DNA of 64,000 bases from Zygnema circumcarinatum SAG 698-1b (lineage: Eukaryota > Plantae > Zygnematophyceae). The position numbers and the translations under genes are program-made. The stretch is from contig CM074813.1 of NCBI GenBank assembly GCA_037447605.1, positions 1,674,001-1,738,000 on the forward strand, given 5' to 3'. The notes under the pieces are model-generated. The model did not search any database. It was not told the DNA's origin and saw only the letters and a program-made list of their open reading frames with translations. Of this stretch, positions 1-10,880 are shown piece by piece. Numbering within the stretch: the first letter of the stretch is position 1; each line of letters starts with the position of its first letter.

Positions 1-188
1 CATTTTCTGAGTTGAGGAGGTTTCAGACCGTACGGAAGATGAGAATGGACTCTTGAATCCACTCCCCAAAATGTTCGAATACTATTGAACCAGCTCCCCA
101 CTGCACTCTCGAACATGTTCCGACAAATTAAAATTCAGTGTTATCGAGTATTCAGCCTTTCTCACTTTTTTGATTGGGTCTGGTCCAG

Positions 189-3100
189 ACACGAGCCCCC
201 TGTTCTGGCAGCTGCAGTGGAGGTGTTGGAGGAGAGCCCTGACGTCATCACCGTCTGCAAGCCGGCGTCTGTGCCTGTATGTCCAGCTCCACGGTTTCAG
301 TTTCAGTTTCAGTTTCAGTTTCAGTTCCAGTTCCAGTTGCAGTTGCAGTCACTGTTGCAGTTGCTGTTGCCGGGACACTGTTCCGGCTAAGTAATCTTCT
401 TACGAATTTGTTTACGAGTAGTCTTGGAGACTTTTTCTGTGTAACTTTCACACTAGCATTGCGTCCGGGAGGTTGGAAATAGGAGAGCCATCTCTCACTC
501 CCTTCATCACTCACCCCCTCGCATAAATCTCTCTTGTAATTCTCTCGCCCACACTGGTGTCCCCATCCTATCGTTTCGGAGTATAAGTTCCTTCCCAGCT
601 GTTGGTTGACAGGAGAAAGAGAGAGAGGGTGAGCGGGCAGCGAGGAAAGGAGAGAGGGGGAGAGGGAGAGGAATGATGTGTGTGGTTCTGCCTCTCTCCA
701 GGTGCATCCCTGTGGGCAGTATCGCAAGAACAGCGTTTTGGGAATCCTTCAGGCAGAGCACAACTATGGAGAACTCTTCCGTACTGTGCCCCTCCTCCTC
801 TCCCCCTTCATCACTTTTAGGTTTGGGCTTAAGAGTGTCGAGTTCTAGGGTAGGTTTGCTCTATGGCTATGTTTCACACCTTGCCTCCTTTTTGTTGCCT
901 CTCATAAGACCCTTACTTACTCTAAACTTAACCTTGAGGACCCTTGCACACCCAAGACCATTAGAAACCAATCACGCAAATTTCTTACATATCTTAAACC
1001 TCCGTTTTCTCAAAAGCGTAAGAATGGTCTGAAGTGGTTGGAGAATTTGCTGAATCGGTTGACCGAAGTGAAGGAGTGGAGGGGGGGGGGGGTGGTTAGC
1101 CATTCACCGGCTTGACCGGCTCGTCTCGGGGCTCCTCATTCTTGCACGAAGCTCGGCATCAGCGAACAGGTTCTGCCAAGACGTCAGCTCTCTCTCTCTC
1201 TCTCTCTCTCTCTCGCTCGCATGCTCTCTCTTTCTCTCCCTCTCTCTGTCCGCCCGCCTTTCCCTCCGTCACTACTTTCATTTTACTCCCACACTTTCGA
1301 CATCCCCCCGTCCCTCGCCATCCCTCCCTCCCTCTCTCTCCTACCTCATCCCTTGCTGTTTGGTTCTGTCCCCATCCGCCCTCTACCTGCCTCGCTCTTG
1401 CTCGTTTCCTTCTCCCACATACCTGCATCTCTGTCTTCTGCGGTTCCTCTCCCTCTACTCCTCTCCCTCTCCCTCTCCCTCTCCCTTTACTCCGCTCTGT
1501 CCCGCATTCCTTCTTGTCTGTCCTTGTTTCTCCCTCAAGGAAGAACATGACTTTTGGAAACTAATAAGCCATTAGACGCTTCCAGTTAGAATTTTGGTTC
1601 CCTTTTTTTTGTCACTGTATTATTTTTCGTCCTTATCTACCACCCTCCCTCCCCACGCTCTCTCTCTCTCTCGCTCCTCTTTCATACAGATTGAAGCAGG
1701 AGTCGTAAAGAAGGAATATGTGGCAAAGGTGAAGGGCGTCTTTCCTGAGAGCGAGGTTGGCCGTCTCTCCCTCCAACTGTTTCTCTGTCGGTCAGTTCCG
1801 TCATCCATTTGAGATTCCATGGTTTCACGGGATTTACAATCTTAGCGTTTGAAGCCCCCTCAAATGCCCCCTTTCCCGTGTATGACGTACGAGGTAAAGA
1901 TTCACGATCTTCTTGCTTCCATCTTTTGTGTTTCCCGAACTTTGGTTTGGTTGCAAGAGAGGAAAGAAAAAGTGCGAGGAGAGGGGTAACAAGGGGAAAG
2001 AGACAAAGCCCTCGTCTTTGGATTGGAAAGATAAAGAGAAATGAAGAGATGAAGATGAAGAGGTGAAAGATGGGATGATGGGAGTTGGAGCAGGCCGGCG
2101 GGAGGGTGGCAGGGAGGGCGGGAGGCAGGAAGAGAGAGAGGGAGAGAGAGGGAGAGAGAGAGGGAGAGAGAGAGGGAGAGAGAGAGGGAGAGAGAGAGAG
2201 GGAGAGAGAGAGGGAGAAAGAGCGGGAGAGAGAGAGGGAGAGAGAGAGAGGGAGAGAGAGAGGGAGAGAGGAGATGCTCATTAGGTGAGGGCGGTGCAGG
2301 TGGAATTGCGAGCTCCTGTGGCCTACGACCCAAGGGAGGGCCGCAGCCACGTGGAGGTCTGCCCTGCCTCCCGGGGTGGGATTTAGGGTTTTCACTTTGC
2401 AGGGTTTTTAGAGTTCTGGTTGGTTGCTTTTCACCTTTATCTGTCGCTAAGTCCTATGCATTTAGGCTTTCCTAAGCTCAGTCATTTGAAATGTACTTTT
2501 TCTGAGGATCAAGTGGTATTTTTCCTTAAGTTCAGGCTGGGCAATGCTCGTGGTTTCTCGCTTTGAAATTTATGGTTTTTTGTGATCTTCGAGGTTGAGG
2601 TTGTTCCTTCAATTTTTCTGGAGGTCGGTCCGCGGGAATGTTGGGTTCAGGTTTTTTGGGAGTCTTACGTTTTTGTAAGGCTAGTGATTTCTAGACTTGT
2701 GCAGTTCTACATGTTAAGCCTGCTCTTACGTTTTAAACGTTCCGGCTAACACAGTCGGACACTCTGTTCCATGTGTGCAGTTTAACACCGTTCCGGAAAT
2801 GACTCCTCAAAACGAGAGCGGTGCTGAAAATCTTAAAGATTCCAAAGTTCCGCAAAACTCTGAGTATTCTAAAGACTCTAAAGCTCAGAAAAAACTTAAA
2901 AAGCTTCAAAAACAACTTAAAGAGAGAAAGAGAGTCTCTGAAGGGGAGAACGGTTTCTGCGGCGACTCCCACACTCGGCCGAGAGATGCCTGCACTCGAT
3001 TCCGGCGACTAAGCACGGACGGAACAAGCAGTGTGGTTCTATGCATGCCTCAGACTGGGCGCACACACCAGGTGATGCATGCACAACGCTGAGGTCTTGA

Positions 3101-5781
3101 AAAGGACCCGCCACTTTCACAGCATTCAGGCATGAACCGGAAACTCCTGCAAATGTTGAAAGATCAGAGAGGCGTAGACCACTTTGAGCTTAACCTTGAA
3201 AACGGGAGGGCAGGAAAACTCTTGGAATAACCTATGGTAACCCTTTTAGCAACCATGGTAACCAACCTCGAAACTAAACTTTAGAAAGTCCGAAGTTCTC
3301 CCTCCCTCTCCCTTCTCCTCCTTCCCCTTCCCCCTCCCTCCCCTCTCTCCCTCCCTCCCTCCACCTCCTCCTCCCTCTCCCTCCCTCTGACCCCTCTCCC
3401 CCCTCCCCCCTCCAGATCCGTGTGCACCTCTCCCATTTGGGCCACCCCATCGCCAACGACGCGCTGTACCTCGCGCCGCGCGCATCACGCACCGCCGCAC
3501 ACTCCTCCGCAGACGAGGCAGCCAGGCGCGCTCTGCTGCGGGAGAGGGAGAGGGAGGGGGAGGGGGAGAGGGAGAGGGAGAGGGAGGGGGAGGGGGAGAG
3601 GGAGAGGGTCGGGGAGCGGGAGAGGGAGAGGGAGGGGGAGGGGGAGAGGGAGAGGGTCGGGGAGCGGGAGAGGGAGATGGAGTGGGAGGGGGAGAGGGAG
3701 AGGGAGAGGGAGGGGGAGGGGGAGAGGGAGAGGGTCGGGGAGCGGGAGAGGAGAGGGAGGGGAGGGGAGAGGGAGAGGGAGAGGGAGGGAGGGGGAGAGG
3801 GAGAGGGTCAGGGGAGCGGGAGGGAGAGGGAGGGAGGGGGAGGGGGAGAGGGAGAGGGAGAGGGAGGGAGGGGGAGAGGGAGAGGGTCGGGGAGCGGGAG
3901 AGGGAGAGGGAGGGGGAGGGGGAGAGGGAGAGGGTGGGGGAGCGGGAGAGGGAGAGGGAGGGGGAGGGGGAGAGGGAGAGGGTGGGGGAGAGGGAGTGGG
4001 AGAGGGAGTGGGAGAGGGAGAGGGAGGGGGAGAGGGAGCGGGAGGGAGAGGGAGAGGGAGGGGGAGGGGGGAGGGGGAGGGGAGGGAGGGGAGGGGGGAA
4101 GGGAAAGGGGAGAGAGGAGAGGGGGAGAGGGGGGGTGATGAAGGGAGAGGGGAAGCGGTAGAGGGTGCGAGGGGCAATGGAGAAAAGGGAGGGGGAGGGA
4201 GAGGGGAAGGAGGAGGAGAGGGAGTGGGACAGGGAGGTGAAGGAGGTAGTGGAGTCGGAGGAGTTGAGGGGGGAGTGGAAAATGGAGTACGGGAAGAGGG
4301 CGGAGGGAGAAGAGGGGAAGGTGGGAAGGGAGAGGGAGAGGGAGAGGGAGTAGGAATGGGAGGGGAAGATGTAGCAAGAGGAGGAAGTGAGGGGGTACAA
4401 GCAGGAGACGACGGAGGAGGAAGGCGGGGAAGCGAAGGAGGGGAACGAAGAGCAGGAGGAGAAAGTGCAGAACGAGCATTAGAGTTGCCCTGCGAGGGCA
4501 GTGGTGAGAGTGAGGATCATTTCCAATCATGTTTCCAGTCTTCTGAAGGATCGCTCACTTTTCATTTTGGAATAATCTTCAGAAGTTGCTGTACTTCTGT
4601 GGAGAGCTCTGTTTTATGGCCGGCCATAGTTCAACCCAAAAGCCTTGTCTCTAAAAGTCCTGTAAACCTTGGCGACCCTATACATTCTCTATGGGTCTTC
4701 AAAGTTAGAAAAAGCATTGAAACCTAACAAACGTAAAGTTATGATGCTGCTTCGTCATGCAGACAAACCTTGGAGAGCTGCTTCAGTTGTAGAGGGAGTG
4801 ACAGTTTTGAGAGAGAGAGGGCAAGGAGAGGAGCCGTGGCAGAAATGTGCGCGAATCACGCTTCAGTCACCAACTGGACGGAACGGAACTGAAGCACATG
4901 GAGACGCCGACAGAGGACCGTCCAACGAAGTTGGAGGAAGTAGCCTGTTCGCTGATGCAGTTGGAGGATCGGGCTGTACTGAAAACGCTACGCATGGAGA
5001 GGCTCCGCTGTTCGAGGTAGATCCGACATGTACGGAGTGTCCTTCTCTAGGGCCGGGAGGGTATGTTTGCTCCAACCCTAACCCTAATTCTGACGCAAAT
5101 GTAGTCCTGACCTGTATCTTGATCTCCAAGGGAACTGTTACTTTTAATACATTTATTCTAACTCTGAACATGAACACAACAAGTACACTTTGACCATACC
5201 TCTGGTGTATCGTTGCATCCTGGACTAACCCTGAGAGTAGAGTAGAGAGCAGTAGAGTAAACCCTAACATCAACCCTGAGACCCTTACCCTATTTTCAAC
5301 CCCAATTTGTGGCCTCAAACTTTGATAATCAATAGCCAATCCGTCTCCTAAGAAGAACACGAACACTTATTGTGAGAATAATTTCGTCTTTTTCGTTTTT
5401 TTTCGCCTTCACCCGTTCCCAACTCTAACGTGAATCCTTACCCTAACCCTAACCGTAATCGGAGCGCTATTCTTAAACTATCAACTAGCTGCTTTCCGGT
5501 CAAATCAACACAAACTAGTGCAGGGGCAACCCCTCCCTTTGGTTCAATGTCAAATTAAGCCTTGAACATTTCAACATGTTCAAAATTCCAGCGAGGCGAG
5601 CTAATCAGTTGTTACTTCTTTCCATGTCTTTTCTGACGTGGGGTTTTAGGGTTTGGACAGGTACGGCGAGGACCTGGAGGAGGCTCTATGGCTGCACTGC
5701 GTCCGTTACGCCGGCACCAACTGGTCCTTCACATGCCCTCTCCCGCCGTGGGCCGGCTCACATGCATTCAGTCAACCGTAG
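189..5781 (+). CDS. RPUSD2: RluA-family RNA pseudouridine synthase (RPUSD2 / plant RNA pseudouridine synthase 7-like); 5' exons lie upstream of the window
   Basis: GT-AG exons 189-276 ([13 protein letters not shown]), 702-780 ([10 protein letters not shown]), 1100-1182 (catalytic HRLDRLVSG), 1690-1755 ([10 protein letters not shown]), 2300-2356, 2781-3071 (GRTHQ), 3416-4503 ([18 protein letters not shown] plus a low-complexity stretch that needs a frame change), 4763-5060 (DPTCTECP), 5661-5781 ([13 protein letters not shown]). Confidence 0.9.
295..360 (+). repeat. Hexamer array (TTTCAG)5(TTCCAG)2(TTGCAG)2 in an intron
   Basis: Read directly, starting about 18 nt after the GTATGT donor at 277. 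Confidence 0.9.
2110..2275 (+). repeat. GA-rich low-complexity tract (intronic)
   Basis: GAGAGG/GAGAGA repeats between pseudouridine synthase exons. Confidence 0.85.
3540..4140 (+). repeat. G/A-rich degenerate tandem repeat with recurring GAGAGGGTCGGGGAGCGG core
   Basis: Almost purely G/A; the core recurs near 3600, 3650, 3730, 3800, 3880 and 3930. Confidence 0.85.
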
Positions 5782-6455
5782 TAGGAGGGAAAAATTTAGT
5801 TTCATGGCCTCTGCAGAAATTGAACTTTAGGTTCAGTATAAGATTGAACTGATAGAGTGTTGTTCTTGAGATTTCTTATTCTACGGTGTTTCCCTTTTTT
5901 TTACGGTATTTATTTTCTTAAAACAGTCGTAATCTGACTTCAGGATAAAGCCGAAGCTGAAGCCGCTGAGCACGTCTGTGGGCCTTTAAAGGCGATAGGT
6001 TGCGGTGTGCGCCCACCTCGAAGTATGTGCCCTCATTACATTCCGCTGTGTATGAAACGAATGAAAAGGGCCAGTTAGAGGCCGTCACGTGGACTATTTT
6101 TCCCGCTCTTGACCAACAGGTCAATTGCGTTCGTTCTCTTTCGAGTCCAAAGTTTTCTGCCAATTACTTGTTCCTGCCCGGGCCTCCCCAGGGGGCTCCG
6201 GTCCGGCTCCTGATTGGTCAGAACGACCGGGGTTACGACCGGGGTTTACACAATTGAAATTTGTTGTCGGAGGGAACGGGCAGAAGGGAAGTAGGGCTGG
6301 AGCTACAAATGGCCCACGCTTGGCTTGGCTTGACTTAACCAATTGGTCAGTCGTGATTTAAACCGCCTGTTAGCTGAGTCATTAGTCAGTATCTGACTAA
6401 TGTTTGTTTGGTTGGTGCCGACTTCAGTCAAGCGCGTCCTGCAAGCCCGGTACCT

Positions 6456-7570
6456 GATAAAGTTTCATTCATCAGATAAAGTCAACCGTGTCCTGCAAAA
6501 CTGGCTGGCCACCTGATAAAGTTTTATTAAGGGAAGTGATATTTCCACCCCTTTTTTGGATCCAAACACCCCTTCCCGGCCGGGCAGATTTCAAAAAGGA
6601 TTAAAAACGGAAAATGCTTTTTTCACACCTTTTTGGAATCGATACCACCCTCCATCGGCAGATTTTATTTCTGCGCAACAAGGAAAATGATAACCCGTCA
6701 CCCCATTTGAATATCCCGCCTACCTAATTTTTTTTTCACGCGTGCGGTCAATCGCAGCCGTCGATTCCCTCGCAGATCGCAACACGGCAGATCACTATTT
6801 GCTCTGCAGCCGGGCTCGGTCACAGCGCATGGCACGTGCCCACGTATCCCGCCAAAGTCCTCTAAAAAGGTTGTCCGTACAAATGTCGTACGGTCGCAAC
6901 TTGAGGAACCCAAAATTTCGTACATTGAGATCTTAGACCAATCAAAATTTTCCACGTCAAAAATGTAACACGTGGCAGATGTTTATTGGCTGGGAGGTTA
7001 CAATGACGAGATCTCGGTCCGAAGGACGCGCGCACTCGCACGTGCGATTTGGCTTTGACGGGACTCGTGGGCGCTTTCCATTCGCTAAGATCGAGCCCGG
7101 CTGCAGATCGAACGGTGATCTGCAGTGGTGTGATCTGCGAGGGAATCGACAGCTGCGATTGACACACACGTGTGCAGGACGGACACCCGCGAACGATCTC
7201 GTGGCGGACGGATCTTCCGCTCCGAGCGGATTCGGGCAGGCAGATATTTCTTTCCCTCAAAAAAAAATTCAGGGAGGCGGGATACAGTATTCAAAATGCG
7301 GTGACGGGGTATCATTTTCCTTGGTTAGCAAAAATAAAATCAGCCGACGGAAGAAGGTGAGTATCGATTCCAAAAAGGTGTGAAAAAAGCATTTTCCGTT
7401 TTTAATCCCTTTTGAAATCTGCCCGGCCGGGAAGGGGTGTTTGGATCCAAAAAAGGGGTGGAAATATCACTACCCTTTATTAATCCGATAACGTTACATA
7501 TGTGTAATAAAGTTGTTTCCATCCGATAAAGTCATGTGCGTCAAATAAAGTTGCCCCCATCCGATAAAGT
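6456..7570 (+). repeat. Phased array of eight RATAAAGT octamers (19-bp period), split by the TIR element
   Basis: Octamers at 6456, 6475, 6515 and at 7487 (GATAACGT), 7506, 7525, 7544, 7563. Confidence 0.8.
6531..7475. mobile_element. Non-autonomous DNA transposon, 945 bp, long TIRs, 8-bp TSD TTTATTAA (Mutator-like or Merlin-like)
   Basis: Left end GGGAAGTGATATTTCCACCCCTTTTTTGGATCCAAACACCCCTTCCCGGCCGGGCAG matches the reverse complement of the right end (GGGTAGTGATATTTCC...) over about 190 bp. A further inner inverted block pairs ~6735-6830 with ~7085-7165. TTTATTAA lies at 6523-6530 and 7476-7483. No transposase ORF. Confidence 0.92.
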
Positions 7571-7736
7571 ATGCTCGTCCCGCACCTGTTGGAATTGCAA
7601 TTCAGTCTGCTCGTGCCATTGCTCTCGTCCCTCTGCCTCTCCCTCCCTTTCCCTCGCTCACTCCTTCCGGCCCTGTGTCCGTCGCCCGTCTCCCCCTAGT
7701 TCAGCGGCTGCGGGCCTACCTCAGCGGCAGGGTGCA

Positions 7737-9722
7737 ATGTTCCATGCGGCAGTTCCACGCGCTGCTGCGACAGTTGCAGCAGCAGCAGGGGCCTCGGCCG
7801 CTGCGCAGACGTCAGCTGAGGGAAGGATTGCTCCTGAACGTGACGCGGTGTCCATGGTGAGGTTCGCATGCTTTTGGCGCTCTTCGGAAGTTGGGGGGGA
7901 TCTGTTTTCTTCAGAGTGAAGAGGGGCATCAGAAAGCAGTTCTTCCTTCCAAGAGTTGGATGTTATTGAACCTGCTTGGAGTATTTTATCTGAAATGAAA
8001 TTGCTTTCGGGAAGAACGTTGTCAACTTGATGCAATTGACGATTTTCAGCATCTTGTTTTCTTGCAAGTTCCTCTGAGGCTGCGGAAGGAACAAAAATGT
8101 CCTCGGATGATGCATTCCTTGTGGAACAGACCATTCAGGGTTAGGATCAAGCCTCTTTTTAGAATGCACCACTTTTCCTATAACAAGCGGCGCGTTTGGC
8201 GCTTTCCGCATTCGTCCTGCATGCTTGTGGTCAGGAACAGTTTCACTCTATGGGATTTGCCATGCAGGGAGGAGGAAATCTCCACAGTAGCCGGTTTGAA
8301 GATGATTGGGATTTCCTTGACGGTGACAATGTCACAACTCCTGCAATGAGTCATCACCGCAACCGAATTGAAACGCCTCCTACACGTCGTGAGGTTGCAG
8401 ACGCGGTTCAGGAATTGCGTGCGTACACCAGGTCCAACATCTCTACAGACCTACTTGTTTATCGCTCTCTACTCTCTTTCGTGGCTATCGCTTTTGTTTG
8501 AATGTCAGGAAATTGTTGTGCTGATTCACTCGTCGCAAACAGAGAGCTATTTTTGTTGAGCTATTGGATGCATGAACTTGTCTTCATACTGGGCTGATAT
8601 GAGAAATTGCTGTGGCATTGTTCCAGGCCGGCCACTTACAATGTTCAGGAGGGCATCGATGGAGGTGATGCGGGAGAGCAGGACGCGGCTGTCGACGACG
8701 CCCTGACAGTCAGAGGAATGATGGACGATGCTGGAGCACGGATTGTGCAGTACCTGCCCTTTGCACGCAGGAACATTGTGGAAAGGGCGTTGGACATGCT
8801 AAATAATGACCCGGCTGCACAGGTGCGGTGATACTCACGCTGATGCCTGTAGAAAATGGCCTGTCTGGTAGTTTGAAACGGTCACATATTGAAAAAACCC
8901 TGTCATAGTCATCTTATCAGCGATGATCTCCGGTGTGGTAAGGTGAATTGTGATCCTGACAGTGGACGTTACTGGTGATGATGACGGTAGTGATATCTGA
9001 CCGGGCAAATTTCTGAGCCTGTTGCTCGCAAAACGGATGTTGTGGAAATGTTATCAGATGCAGTGAGAAGTGAGTGCAGCTGTCACCCCCATGTCCCTGA
9101 CATTGTTCTATCGATTAAGTCATTGCTGCCTTTTCTCGAATCCGGCTGTAATAATGATGTATGAAGTCCTGGGCTTTGGCTTTCATGTGTCGCAGGATGC
9201 GGTAGCATCTTTGGCGCAGGATCCAGCAGTATTCAGAGCCCTTCAGCAGAACGAAGGAGTTCAGAGGTTTTTGCGTCAACGCCGACCCCAAATCGGTGGT
9301 ATGTTAACGACGGTGTAAAACTATTGCCAATGCACACAGCATAGCCGCTGATACTGTTTCGGAATCGCCCCTTGGGATGTTCTGTAGGCTGGGGAGGTCT
9401 GAACTCCTGCCCTCGTTTATATTATGTCTCCGCAGGTGGGATCGATGCGGATGCGAATCAGCCTGTGGAAAATGCTGTTAGGATTCAGGAAGTGGTGGAT
9501 CCACTGGGAACGTTTTTGGATCACCTGGTGACTGGTCTCAACACCGTGAAACGAAGCCTTTTTAGGCTTGCTGCCCGGCTCTTCGGGCTGGAATCTGCAG
9601 ATGAAGCAGCCATGGAAGACCCGCACGCTCCAAATCGTACTGAAGTTTTTCCTGCAGTCCTCATGGTCACCATCGTAGTCATATGCATTGTTATGTTCAA
9701 ACGTCCACTTTTCTTTCCCTAG
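7737..9722 (+). CDS. Uncharacterised conserved plant protein (UCP012943-like) with C-terminal transmembrane anchor
   Basis: ATG at 7737; exons read PPTRREVADAVQELR (~8380), ERALDMLNNDPAAQ (~8790), DAVASLAQDPAVFRALQQNEGVQRF (9196-9298), and a last exon 9437-9722 ending VLMVTIVVICIVMFKRPLFFP*. Exon structure between 7860 and 8200 is uncertain. Confidence 0.7.
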
Positions 9723-10642
9723 CGAGTTGTACTTCACACAGGCTGTCTGCCACTTGGACTCAAAGGACCGTCTGCCACTTCAGGTGTATTTGAGTCGAAG
9801 CAAATGGTGTTCAGAAGTTAGCCAGATGTCTTTTCAGAACATTGGCCTGTTGATGAGGAATTGTGTGAATTATAAACCACCTTGTATAGGGAGTTAGCAA
9901 GTAGGCCGTTCGTGCTTGCTGTCATTCGCAGTGAACCTGAAACTTGTGGAGGCTCATCTGCCTGACTTCTTGTAAATTCCGCTTCTGAAGTGGCCGTGTG
10001 TCCAATACGGGGTCAAAGGCCGCCCAAGCCGTTGTATACTACAACCAAATCTTTTGTAGTTTGTTGGTTTGTTTTGTTCCTTGTTGAAAGTTTTGGCATC
10101 TGCATGCTGCATCGTTAGGGTGAAAAATAGCGTTCAATGAATTTGGATCAAATGGAGATTGGATGTGCCTGCTTCCCTTCACCCCTCCCATCTTTATGCT
10201 TCTCTTCTGGTCCCCTTCAATCGTGTGCTCCAATGAACACGCAGATTTTACTCTGGCAGACCTCAAAGTGGAAACAAATGTAGTGGAACCTGGTTTTATT
10301 TTTACATATCGGCATGTGGGCTAATGTCTGAGAAACAGAACTACGCTTCAAAGAACGACTCTCTTGGCCTTCATCTAATGGAGCAAGCAACGTGGAAACG
10401 GTCGTGCGGGGGACGCATTGGAGCCCTTCAACCTCCACAAAGTAAGGAAGAGGAGGAAGGTCAGAAAATGCTTTCTTTAAAGGAGAGTGAATGAAGGACT
10501 GGAACTGTACCCAAGATTGTCGTCCATCGGCTTCGTGCATTTCTTTCCTTCACTCCGATCAAACTCAAATTCTTTAGTCTTTCATTCGGACCCCCCCCCC
10601 CCACCCCCCACAATGTGCCGCACATCGGCAACCTCGCGGCTG

Positions 10643-10880
10643 CTCCTTTGCGCCCAGTTCCTCGTGGTTCTCCTTTTGCGCCCAGTTCTTCGTGGTTCTC
10701 CTTTGCGCCCAGTTCCTCGTGGTTCACCATTGCGCCCAGTTCCTCGTGGTTCTCCTTTGCGCCCAGTTACTCGTGGTTCTCCTTTGCGCCCAGTTCCTCG
10801 TGGTTCTCCTTTGCGCCCAGTTCCTCGTAGTTCACCTTTGCGTCCAGTTCCTCGTGGTTCTCTGCGCCCTCGTGGTTCCC
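10643..10880. repeat. 27-bp minisatellite, about 8.5 copies
   Basis: Unit CTTTGCGCCCAGTTCCTCGTGGTTCTC repeated with few substitutions and one extra T. Confidence 0.95.

Noticed and set aside
3246-4727. Long Pro/Ser/Leu or Gly/Arg/Glu ORFs on both strands (also at 14259, 39476, 46172, 52913, 56033 and others)
   Set aside because: CT/GA low-complexity tracts lack stop codons in most frames; these ORFs overlap real exons or introns and have no family motifs.
6456-7570. CRISPR-like reading of the repeat/spacer array (and of the 27-bp and 24-bp arrays)
   Set aside because: The repeat is only 8 bp with 11-bp spacers, the other arrays have no spacers, there are no cas genes, and the context is eukaryotic.
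8920-9000. C/D snoRNA-like box order in an intron (GCGATGA, CTGA, GTGATGA, CTGA)
   Set aside because: The C box is mismatched, there is no terminal stem, the D'-C' spacing is long, and I found no contiguous 10-nt or longer rRNA/snRNA antisense guide. A snoscan run would settle it.
10325-10495. 56-codon ORF MSEKQNYASK...
   Set aside because: No recognisable motif or splice context, and within chance length.
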